Source of the DNA: an uncultured Oscillospiraceae bacterium
GTDB lineage: Bacteria > Bacillota > Clostridia > Christensenellales > CAG-138
Reading direction: 5' to 3'
Length of the DNA stretch: 64,000 nt
Assembly: GCA_964600225.1 (NCBI GenBank)
Contig: CAZRIT010000003.1
Span: 13,400-77,399, forward strand
Numbering within the stretch: position 1 is the first letter of the stretch; each line of letters starts with the position of its first letter. Below are positions 35,348 through 42,775 of the stretch, in pieces. Below the pieces are notes generated by a model, which did no database searches, was not told the origin of the DNA, and saw nothing but the letters and a program-made list of their open reading frames with translations. A program made the position numbers and the translations under genes.

Positions 35348-35538
35348 GTCACCCAAGGCGCTTAGCGGCGGAGAATCTTTACACCGATTGCCCTCGAGCC
35401 AATGAGCTCCGCGGCGATTGAGCGGCCGCAGGCCGCGCTCCTGTCATTCTGAGGAGCGTAAATCTCTCTCCTGTCATTCTGAGGAGCGCAAGCCTTTCTC
35501 CTGTCATTCTGAGGGCCGTAGGCCCGAAGAATCTTTCC
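35348..35538. repeat. intergenic hairpin-repeat cluster: one diverged full unit, two 30-bp half units, one full unit ('TGTCATTCTGAGG...GAAGAATCT' family)
   Basis: Full-like unit at 35348..35380. 'CTCCTGTCATTCTGAGGAGCG' at 35438 and 35468. Full hairpin unit 'TGTCATTCTGAGGGCCGTAGGCCCGAAGAATCTTTCC' at 35502..35538. Same family as 47607..47872. Confidence 0.75.
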
Positions 35539-35630
35539 GAGCGTGAGCGAGGAACGTTGCATGCGTCTGCTGCGACAGAGGCTCCTTTGGCACAGCATGC
35601 GCGGTTTGCGCAACCATACAAAAACACCCG

Positions 35631-35660
35631 TCATGAACGCCCTCCGTTTCGACATAGTAT
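35631..35660 (+). promoter_or_regulatory. sigma-E-like promoter (T)CATGAAC-N14-CATAGTAT upstream of the dacB-like gene
   Basis: Same pattern as upstream of spoIIIAA and spoIVA, about 25 nt before ATG 35685. Confidence 0.3.
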
Positions 35661-35684
35661 AGTGTGGAAACGGGGGGCTTTCGG

Positions 35685-36827
35685 ATGCAAAAACGATGGT
35701 GCGCACGGATACTGTGCATATGTATGCTGCTGACGCCGATGCGGGCGCTTGCCGAGCAGGCGGTCATCGGCGAGACGGCGGGGCTTTCGGGCGCGGTGCT
35801 GGCCGAGGCCACAACGATGAGCCGACTTTGGGCCGAGAGCGCCGATACGGAATTTGCCGTGGCGGGGCTATCGAAGCTGCCTGCCATATTGACCATTGCG
35901 CAGGCCATGGACGAGGGCAGCGTGCGCGCGGACACGGTGATGCGCGTATCCACGCATGCGGCAAGCATCCCTGGCCCTACGGCATTTTTGGACGGCGGCG
36001 AGGAGATCGGCGCGGGGGAGCTGTTCAAGGCGGCGGTCATGATCTCGGCGGGCGACGCCATCATGACGCTCGGTGAAAACGCGTACGGCTCGGAGAGCGT
36101 GTTTGTGGAAAACATCAACGTGACCTTGCGCCAGCTTGGCATCGAAAAGACCGTGCACGATGCGCTGGGCACCGATACGCTGTTTACCGCGTGGGAGCTG
36201 ACCACTTTGGGCGCGGCGGCGGCGGGCAGCGCGGCGTTTTCCCGCTACGCGGCGCTGTACTACGATGGCATCACCCATGCCGACGGGCGGGAGACCGAGC
36301 TGGTCAACGCCAACAGACTGCTCAACAACTACGCGGGCTGCGTCGGGGTGATGACGGGCTCGTCCGCGTCCGACGGGTATTGCGGGGTGTTCTATACCGT
36401 CCGTAACCGCACGGCGCTGATTGCGGTGGTCATCGGCGCGGAATCTGCCGCAAAACGCGCCTCGGCCGCGGTGGCGCTGATGGATTACGGGTTTGCCAAC
36501 TTCCGTACCGAAACCGTCTCCACCGCATCGGAGGTGGTGGTCAAGGGCCTGCCCGTGCGCGACGGCACGGTGAAATCGGTCGATCTGGTCACACGCAGCA
36601 CCCGCACGGTGGTCATCGAGGGCAGGCAGGGAAAGCTGACGGCCGAGCGGACGGTGCCCGAATACCTGGAAGCGCCGCTGACGGCCTCCACGCCCGTGGG
36701 CAGCGTTTCCTACCGCAACGAGGCGGGCGAGGTGGTGGCCGAGGTGCCGCTGTTTCCCGCGTGCGATGTGGAGGCGTTTGCATTATTGGATATCCTGATG
36801 CGGATATTGGCGATCTATTTGGCATGA
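35685..36827 (+). CDS. D-alanyl-D-alanine carboxypeptidase (PBP5/DacB)-like protein with degenerate catalytic motifs
   Basis: Signal peptide. Colinear with B. subtilis DacB, but SxxK is 'AGLSK' (Ser to Gly), SxN is 'SAG', and KTG is 'MTG'. Confidence 0.8.
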   Translation: MQKRWCARILCICMLLTPMRALAEQAVIGETAGLSGAVLAEATTMSRLWAESADTEFAVAGLSKLPAILTIAQAMDEGSVRADTVMRVSTHAASIPGPTAFLDGGEEIGAGELFKAAVMISAGDAIMTLGENAYGSESVFVENINVTLRQLGIEKTVHDALGTDTLFTAWELTTLGAAAAGSAAFSRYAALYYDGITHADGRETELVNANRLLNNYAGCVGVMTGSSASDGYCGVFYTVRNRTALIAVVIGAESAAKRASAAVALMDYGFANFRTETVSTASEVVVKGLPVRDGTVKSVDLVTRSTRTVVIEGRQGKLTAERTVPEYLEAPLTASTPVGSVSYRNEAGEVVAEVPLFPACDVEAFALLDILMRILAIYLA

Positions 36828-36886
36828 GTTGCTTTTTTTTGCCGCGTTCCCTATAATGGTACTATCGCACACAAAGGAGAGTACAA

Positions 36887-37531
36887 GTGTTATTGCGATT
36901 GCTGTCCGACCCGATGCAGATTGTGTATCGCATCCCCGCCATATTGATTGGGCTGACCGTGCATGAATGGGCGCACGCCTACGCGGCGTACCGCCTGGGC
37001 GACCCGACAGCCAGAAACCTGGGCCGCATGACGCTCAACCCGTTTGCGCATATCGACCCGTTTGGCATCCTGTGCCTGCTGCTGGTGGGCTTTGGGTGGG
37101 CAAGGCCCGTGCCCGTTAACCCCAGGAACTATTCCAACTATCGCCGCGACGATATCATCGTGTCGCTGGCGGGCATTACGGCCAACCTCATCACGGCGTT
37201 TTTGTTCACGTTCGTGCTCTACATCGGCGCGTTCAAGCTGAACCTCTACAATAACATTGCGTTTAGCAACATATTCACCGCCATTGTCACCATCAACCTG
37301 TCGCTTGCGGTGTTCAACCTGCTGCCCGTATACCCGCTGGACGGCTCGCATGTGCTGGAAAGCCTTGCCGCGCGCAGGATGCCGCGGTTTTTCCTGTTCA
37401 TGCGCCAGTACGGCCAGTATATCCTGATCGTGCTGCTGTTTACGGGCCTGCTGACGGGTATATTGAGCACGGTGGTTGGCTGGCTGTACGCAGGGTTTTC
37501 CAAGGCGGCCCTGGCCGTGCTTGGCCTGTAA
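36887..37531 (+). CDS. site-2 protease family (M50) zinc metalloprotease
   Basis: 'LTVHEWAHAYAAYRLGD' (HExxH), polytopic, 'NLLPVYPLDGSHV'. Confidence 0.8.
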   Translation: MLLRLLSDPMQIVYRIPAILIGLTVHEWAHAYAAYRLGDPTARNLGRMTLNPFAHIDPFGILCLLLVGFGWARPVPVNPRNYSNYRRDDIIVSLAGITANLITAFLFTFVLYIGAFKLNLYNNIAFSNIFTAIVTINLSLAVFNLLPVYPLDGSHVLESLAARRMPRFFLFMRQYGQYILIVLLFTGLLTGILSTVVGWLYAGFSKAALAVLGL

Positions 37532-37539
37532 GGGAGCGT

Positions 37540-38307
37540 ATGGCGTACCGCGTCAAGCTGGAACAATTCGAAGGCCCGCTGGACCTGCTGCTGCACCTGA
37601 TCGAACGGGCGGAGTTGGACATCAAGGATATCTTCATATCGGAGATTACGGCCGAGTACCTATCGTACATGGACGCTGTGGACGAGCTGGATATGGATAC
37701 CGCCAGCGAGTTTTTGACCATGGCGGCCACGCTGCTGTACATCAAGTCCCGCCAGCTTTTGCCGCGCCCGCCAAAGGACGAGGAGGAGCAGGAGGACCCC
37801 GAGCAGCTTTTGATACGGCAATTGCGCGCGTACAAGGCGTTCAAGGAGGCCGGCGCATCGCTGGACGAGCTGTTTGCGTCCGCGCGCGCGGCGTATACGC
37901 GCCTGCCCGAGGATGTGCCGCTGCCGCCCAAGGAGGTGGCCATCGACGGGGCCACCATGGATGCGCTGTATACGGCGTTTTTGGGGATACTTGCCCGTGC
38001 CGACAGCCCGCAGGCACCCCCGAACACGCAGCATGTGCGGCCCGACGCCTATACCGTGCGCGCGCAGATGCGCCGCATCCGCGACGTGCTGGCGGGCAAG
38101 GAATCGGTGCTGTTTGAGGAATTGTTTACCGAGCACGCCGCCAAGATGGAGATCATCGTGACGTTTATGGCGCTGTTGGAAATGATTGCGCACAGCGAGA
38201 TCGTGCTGCACCAAAAAAAGCCCTTTGCGCCCATCCGCATCAGTGCCGAGCGGTTGCTCGACGACGCGGACGAGGCGTACGACTATCTGGACGAAACGGA
38301 TGCGTGA
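37540..38307 (+). CDS. scpA: segregation and condensation protein A
   Basis: 'YRVKLEQFEGPLDLLLHLIERAELDIKDIFISEIT'. Confidence 0.9.
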   Translation: MAYRVKLEQFEGPLDLLLHLIERAELDIKDIFISEITAEYLSYMDAVDELDMDTASEFLTMAATLLYIKSRQLLPRPPKDEEEQEDPEQLLIRQLRAYKAFKEAGASLDELFASARAAYTRLPEDVPLPPKEVAIDGATMDALYTAFLGILARADSPQAPPNTQHVRPDAYTVRAQMRRIRDVLAGKESVLFEELFTEHAAKMEIIVTFMALLEMIAHSEIVLHQKKPFAPIRISAERLLDDADEAYDYLDETDA

Positions 38308-38314
38308 ACCAACC

Positions 38315-38869
38315 ATGGAAACAAAGCAACTGTATCACAGGCTTGAAAGCATGCTGTTTGTGGCGGGCGACCCCGTGGCCATCTCGGAGCTGGCGCGGGT
38401 GTGCGACATGCCCAAGGCGGATATGCTGACGCTTTTAAAGGCCATGGAGGCCGACTATCTGGCCGACGGGCGCGGCATTGTGCCGCTGGTGACCGACGAA
38501 ACGGTACAGCTCACCAGCAACCGCAGCTTTGCCTCCGATGTACAGGCGCTGCTGCAGCCCGACGAAACCAAAAACGTGTCCCAATCGCTCCTGGAAACGC
38601 TGGCCATCATCGCCTACCGCCAGCCCGTGACGCGCGCGGATGTGGAGCGCGTGCGCGGCGTGCGCTGCGATTACGCCGTTACGCAGCTATTGAAGCTGGG
38701 GCTGATTGCGGAGGCGGGGCGTAAGGATACCGTTGGCCGCCCGATGCTGTTTGGCACGACGGATCGGTTTTTAAGGCAGTTTGGCATCCATTCCGTCGAG
38801 GAGATGCCCGATTATTTGCGCTACTCGCAGCAGGAGATTGCCGAGGAGGCGGAAGCGATCACGGTTTGA
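38315..38869 (+). CDS. scpB: segregation and condensation protein B
   Basis: 'LESMLFVAGDPVAISELA', 'LETLAIIAYRQPVTRADVERVRGV', 'GRPMLFGTTDRFLRQFG'. Confidence 0.9.
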   Translation: METKQLYHRLESMLFVAGDPVAISELARVCDMPKADMLTLLKAMEADYLADGRGIVPLVTDETVQLTSNRSFASDVQALLQPDETKNVSQSLLETLAIIAYRQPVTRADVERVRGVRCDYAVTQLLKLGLIAEAGRKDTVGRPMLFGTTDRFLRQFGIHSVEEMPDYLRYSQQEIAEEAEAITV

Positions 38870-38890
38870 TCATCCGCCGGAAAACTTGTA

Positions 38891-38930
38891 TAAAAGAGCC
38901 GAACGTTGTGCGTTCGGCTCTTGTTTTTTA
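38891..38930. terminator. terminator AGAGCCGAACG-5nt-CGTTCGGCTCT + TGTTTTTT
   Basis: 11-bp perfect stem between the convergent scpB and yfcE-like genes. Confidence 0.7.
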
Positions 38931-38949
38931 TTTATCTCGGCCAACGGGT

Positions 38950-39417
38950 TTACAGCGTATGGATTTTCACGTCCACGTCGCTGCCCTCAACCGTCAGCAC
39001 CGCAAACGACGGCTGACAGCCCGCGTGCGGGCGGGAAAGGCTGCCGGGGTTGACGATGAGCAGCGGGCCCTGCGCGGTGAGCAGCGGCACATGCGTGTGC
39101 CCGAACAGCGCGGCTTGGCAATGCTGCTGCTCTGCGGCGGCGGACAGGCGGTAGATATCGGCATACCGATCGCCATGCGTCATGAACAGGGAGGCGTTTT
39201 CCACCGTGGCGACGTATTCTTTGGGATAGGCGCCGCTGAGATCGCAGTTGCCGCGCACGGCATGGAAGGGGACGGAAAGCTCGTTTGCGATGCGCTCCGC
39301 GTCGCCGCCGAAATCGCCCAGGTGCAGGATCATATCCAGCGCGCCCGCCTTGGCAAGCGCGGCGGGGAGGTTGGCAAAGTGCCCGTGCGTATCGGAGAAC
39401 ACGCCGATGCGCGTCAT
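38950..39417 (-). CDS. YfcE-family metallophosphoesterase
   Basis: 'RIGVFSDTHGH', 'ILHLGDFG', 'VRGNCD', 'GHTHVP'. Confidence 0.8.
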   Translation of the reverse strand: MTRIGVFSDTHGHFANLPAALAKAGALDMILHLGDFGGDAERIANELSVPFHAVRGNCDLSGAYPKEYVATVENASLFMTHGDRYADIYRLSAAAEQQHCQAALFGHTHVPLLTAQGPLLIVNPGSLSRPHAGCQPSFAVLTVEGSDVDVKIHTL

Positions 39418-40007
39418 GCCTCGGTCTCCAGGGCGGCCTTCAGCGCTTCCAGAGCGCGGCGGCGGTGGCTGACGGCGTTCTTTTCCGCGGCGGAAAGCTC
39501 GGCAAAGGATTTATCGAGCGGCACATACAGAAAGTACGGGTCGTAGCCGAAGCCGTTTTCGCCGCGCGGCGCGGTCAGAAGCTCTCCCTCGCAATAGCCC
39601 ATGACGGCGATGGTGGGCTTGCCGACGCGCGCCAGCGCCACGGCGGAGGCAAAGCGGCAGGTGCGCTCCTCCCGTTTGACGCCCTTCATATCGCGCATGA
39701 GCTTTTGGTTGTTGTCGCGGTCGTTGTGCTGCGGCCCCGCGTAGCGGGCGCTGTACACGCCGGGCGCGCCGTCGAGCGCGTCGACAATCAGCCCCGAGTC
39801 GTCCGCAATTGCGGCGGGATAGCCCGAGAGGCGCAGCACCTCCTCGGCCTTTTTGACGGCGTTGGCGGTGAACGTTGCGCCGTCCTCCGCCACGTCGATG
39901 TCGAGGCCCGCTTCGGAGAGCGTGCACATATCGGGGAATGCGTCGCCCAAAATCTGGCGAATCTCCCTGACCTTGTGGGAATTGTTGGATGCAATGATCA
40001 ATTTCAT
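39414..40007 (-). CDS. rdgB: dITP/XTP pyrophosphatase (RdgB/HAM1)
   Basis: 'MKLIIASNNSHKVREI', 'DDSGLIVDALDGAPGVYSARY', 'GENGFGYDP'. ATG 40007 preferred over 40016, which lies inside the -10 box. Confidence 0.85.
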   Translation of the reverse strand: MKLIIASNNSHKVREIRQILGDAFPDMCTLSEAGLDIDVAEDGATFTANAVKKAEEVLRLSGYPAAIADDSGLIVDALDGAPGVYSARYAGPQHNDRDNNQKLMRDMKGVKREERTCRFASAVALARVGKPTIAVMGYCEGELLTAPRGENGFGYDPYFLYVPLDKSFAELSAAEKNAVSHRRRALEALKAALETEA

Positions 40008-40082
40008 AGGCGTCATTATAACAGATTTGCGCGCGCGCGTCCATGCTGAATTGTGTCGCAGGCCGTCGAACGCCGCCGCGCG

Positions 40083-41780
40083 CTAACGCGGCGCTTGCAG
40101 GGACTGCACCAGCAGCCTGTCGGGAGCGACATGGATGGTGTGGTTGGTCTGGTACACAACCATGCCGGGCCGCGCGGACGCGGGCTTTTTGACGTTTTTG
40201 CGGGCCGTGTAGTCCACCGCCACCAACGGCGCGGACTGCCCCTTGGAATAGTACGCGGCCAGCGTGGCGGCCTCCAGCAGCGTTTGGTCGTCGGGCATGC
40301 CGTCGCAATCGACAATGACGTGCGACCCCGCCATATTCTTGGCGTGCAGCCACAGGTTGTTGCCCGCGGCGGTTTTGAGCGTCAGGCGGTCGTTTTGCAG
40401 GTTGTTCCTGCCGACCAGTATCGGTATGCCGCTTGAGGAACAAAAGCGCATGGGCTGCGAGGCAGAGGGCTTTGCGGATGCGCGCGCGGCCTTTCGCTCG
40501 GGCTTGACAAAGCGCTGCTGCACCAGCTCTAAGCGGATTTCCTCCAGCTCCGCGATGGTTTCCGCGCGGCCGATGCTCTCCAGCACGCTTTCCAGATAGG
40601 CGATCTCCTCGTCGGTGTTGCCCAGCTCGCCCTCGGCGTATTGGCGCGCGAGTTTCCCCTTGCGGTACTGCTTGAAGTATTTTTTGGCGTTCTCCTGCAT
40701 CGAAAGCGCGGGGTCGAGCGGCACGACGACCGTCTCGGGCGGGTCAGCATAGTAGTTGTCGGCGACAAGCTGCTGCATTCCCGCCTTGGCGCGGTGCAGG
40801 TTGGCCAGGATCAGCTCCCCGTTGAGGCGCAGGGTCTCCAGCCGTTCGCCGTTCTGCATGGCCTCCCAAAGCGCCTGCCTGCGGTTTTGCGCGCGGCCGA
40901 GCGCGTGCTCCGCGGTGCGGCGCAGGGCGGCCCCGTGGCGGCGCGTCCGCACGATGGCGTCGCGCGCGGCATAGTAGTCGTCGAGCGCTTCGGAAAGGGT
41001 TTCCCTGCGCTCCGTGCGTCCCTGCATGTTTTTGGGCAGAAACGGCAGCACGGCGACGGGCGCATCGTCCAAGTCGTATACGATGGAGGGGGTGCTTGTG
41101 CCGTCGGCAAGCGATTGCAGCAGCGCATGCAGCTCTTTGGCGTTGACGCAGGTGCCCAGCATGGCCGTGGCCGTGCCGCGGCCGATGCCCGCGTAGGCGT
41201 CGGTCAGGGCGCGCACGTTCGATTCCGCGGAGAACACGGCGGCAAGATCCGCCTGCGTGGCTTGAAACGGGTCGAGCTTGCCCTGATCGGGCGGGGGCAG
41301 ATAGGAAAAGCCCGGCAGCATGACCCGAAGGTTCGTTTCCGACGGGGAGATGCGGCGCAGGCAATCGATGATCTTGCCGTCCTGCCCGACGAGGCTCAGG
41401 TTGCTGTGCTTGCCCGTCAGCTCGATGGCCAGCTTTAGCGGCACGGCGTCCATCATTTCGTCGCGGGCCAGGATATGGATGGCGCACGCGCGGTCGGGGC
41501 CGATCTGCTCCACGGCGGTGATGCGGCCGCCGAGGATGTGCTTTCTGAGCAGCATGCAAAAGGCGGGCGCCGTCACGGGGTTTTCCTGCGGGGCCTCGGT
41601 GCGCTGCAGCCGCCCGTTTTCTGCATGGGTGACGATCAGGATGCGCTGCGTGCCGACGTTCGTACGCACCGTCAGAAGCAGTACGTCCTTTTCGGGCTGC
41701 TGCACCTTATCAATTTTTCCGCCGACGATCGTTTGCAGTTCGCCGACGATGCGCTTGAGCGCCAGCCCGTCCATGGCCAT
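40083..41780 (-). CDS. rqcH: ribosome quality-control protein RqcH (FbpA/NFACT family)
   Basis: 'MAMDGLALKRIVGELQTIVGGKIDKVQQPEKDVLLLTV', C-terminal 'LWLHAKNMAGSHVIV'. AGGAGG SD before ATG 41780. Confidence 0.85.
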   Translation of the reverse strand: MAMDGLALKRIVGELQTIVGGKIDKVQQPEKDVLLLTVRTNVGTQRILIVTHAENGRLQRTEAPQENPVTAPAFCMLLRKHILGGRITAVEQIGPDRACAIHILARDEMMDAVPLKLAIELTGKHSNLSLVGQDGKIIDCLRRISPSETNLRVMLPGFSYLPPPDQGKLDPFQATQADLAAVFSAESNVRALTDAYAGIGRGTATAMLGTCVNAKELHALLQSLADGTSTPSIVYDLDDAPVAVLPFLPKNMQGRTERRETLSEALDDYYAARDAIVRTRRHGAALRRTAEHALGRAQNRRQALWEAMQNGERLETLRLNGELILANLHRAKAGMQQLVADNYYADPPETVVVPLDPALSMQENAKKYFKQYRKGKLARQYAEGELGNTDEEIAYLESVLESIGRAETIAELEEIRLELVQQRFVKPERKAARASAKPSASQPMRFCSSSGIPILVGRNNLQNDRLTLKTAAGNNLWLHAKNMAGSHVIVDCDGMPDDQTLLEAATLAAYYSKGQSAPLVAVDYTARKNVKKPASARPGMVVYQTNHTIHVAPDRLLVQSLQAPR

Positions 41781-41784
41781 GGGG

Positions 41785-42090
41785 CTAGTCCTCCTTGGGC
41801 CGCGTGCGGTCCAGCAGCAGCCGATAGCCGCCCGCGCCATAGGCAAGGGAGCGGTTGACGCGGCTGATGGTGGCCGAGGATGCGTTGAGATCGTGCGCAA
41901 TCTGCTGGTAGGTGACCCCCTGATCCAACAGCCTTGCCACCTCCCAGCGCTGCGCAATGCTCAACAGTTCCGAAACCGTGCACACGTCCTCAAAGAAGCG
42001 ATAGCACTCGGATATGTCGTTGAGGCTGAGAATTGCCGAGAATACCTCGTCGAGTGATTTGGATTGCAAGCGGGACACATATTCGTCCAT
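41785..42090 (-). CDS. yerC: YerC/YecD TrpR-like DNA-binding protein
   Basis: 'CYRFFEDVCTVSELLSIAQRWEVARLL..GVTYQQIAHDLNASSATISRVNRSL'. Confidence 0.8.
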   Translation of the reverse strand: MDEYVSRLQSKSLDEVFSAILSLNDISECYRFFEDVCTVSELLSIAQRWEVARLLDQGVTYQQIAHDLNASSATISRVNRSLAYGAGGYRLLLDRTRPKED

Positions 42091-42154
42091 AAGCCGCCTC
42101 CCGTTTGAATGATGCTTTCATTGTACGCGCTTTCACACGATAAAGCAAGAAAAG

Positions 42155-42185
42155 AAAACAGGCGTATCCCAAAGGATACGCCTCG
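42155..42185 (-). terminator. terminator-like hairpin GGCGTATCC-TTTG-GGATACGCC + TGTTTTCTTTTC (copy A)
   Basis: Identical stem-loop to copy B, 205 bp downstream of it on the minus strand, about 70 nt upstream of yerC. Confidence 0.6.
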
Positions 42186-42364
42186 TTCATTCATTTTCCT
42201 TCTTTTCGGCAATCAACCCTCCGCAGAGGCACTGTATAATCATGGGCAAGGGCGGCATGCACGGCCGTGGCCCATACCTCGGGCATTTTGCCGACCGTCG
42301 TTTATTGAAACGACAGGCAAAAATGCGGTTACACCATCCGACAGCAAAGTTGTCGGATGGAAAA

Positions 42365-42392
42365 AGGCGTATCCCAAAGGATACGCCTCGTG
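42365..42392 (-). terminator. rpsT terminator GGCGTATCC-TTTG-GGATACGCC + TTTTTCC (copy B)
   Basis: Starts about 22 nt after the rpsT stop on the minus strand. Confidence 0.7.
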
Positions 42393-42412
42393 ACGCCTTG
42401 TATAAAAAGGGG

Positions 42413-42676
42413 TTATACGGCTGCGCTGCGCTTCTTGGCCAGTTGGGCTTTTTTGCGGTTGGCGGCATTCTTGTGGATGACGCCCACGCTCGCGGCATGA
42501 TCCACCGCGCTGACGGCCTTTACAAACGCCGTATCGGCGGCAGCTTTATCTGCACCTGCCAGCGCCTCGTCGTAGCGGCGGATGATGGTCTTCATCTCGG
42601 AGCGCTCCATGCGGTTGCGCAGGTTCTGCTTTTCGGATACCTTTACCCGCTTCATTGCGGACTTGATGTTTGCCAA
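42413..42676 (-). CDS. rpsT: 30S ribosomal protein S20
   Basis: 'MANIKSAMKRVKVSEKQNLRNRMERSEMKT'. Confidence 0.9.
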   Translation of the reverse strand: MANIKSAMKRVKVSEKQNLRNRMERSEMKTIIRRYDEALAGADKAAADTAFVKAVSAVDHAASVGVIHKNAANRKKAQLAKKRSAAV

Positions 42677-42724
42677 AGTATTTACCCCCTGTGTTCAAAA
42701 CTCTATTTTGCTCGCACGGATGAC

Positions 42725-42753
42725 ATTCTAACATATGCATTCCCCGAATGCAA
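42725..42753 (-). promoter_or_regulatory. sigma-A-type promoter TTGCAT-17-(TGt)TAGAAT for rpsT
   Basis: Read on the minus strand, with a 17-nt spacer. Confidence 0.55.
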
Positions 42754-42775
42754 GCATTATTTTTGCGTAAACCGC

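Noticed and set aside
35438-35538. Tandem 27-30-bp repeats (also at 47607-47696) considered as a mini CRISPR array.
   Set aside because: There are only three units. The variable parts are 9-10 nt, far too short for spacers. Units decay into a different full-length hairpin, and there are no cas genes. They are better explained as a REP/hairpin repeat family.
35648-35654. TGTCGAA (Spo0A '0A box') on the minus strand just upstream of the dacB-like gene.
   Set aside because: A single 7-mer occurrence is expected by chance in 64 kb, and there is no cluster of boxes.
42323-42340. 'GGATGGTGTAACCGCAT' (minus strand), which resembles the T-box motif GGGTGGTACCGCG.
   Set aside because: It sits at the 5' end of the segment, about 150 nt from the terminator, instead of overlapping its 5' arm. 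No specifier-loop architecture was seen, and the downstream gene (yerC) is not an amino-acid gene of the usual T-box type.
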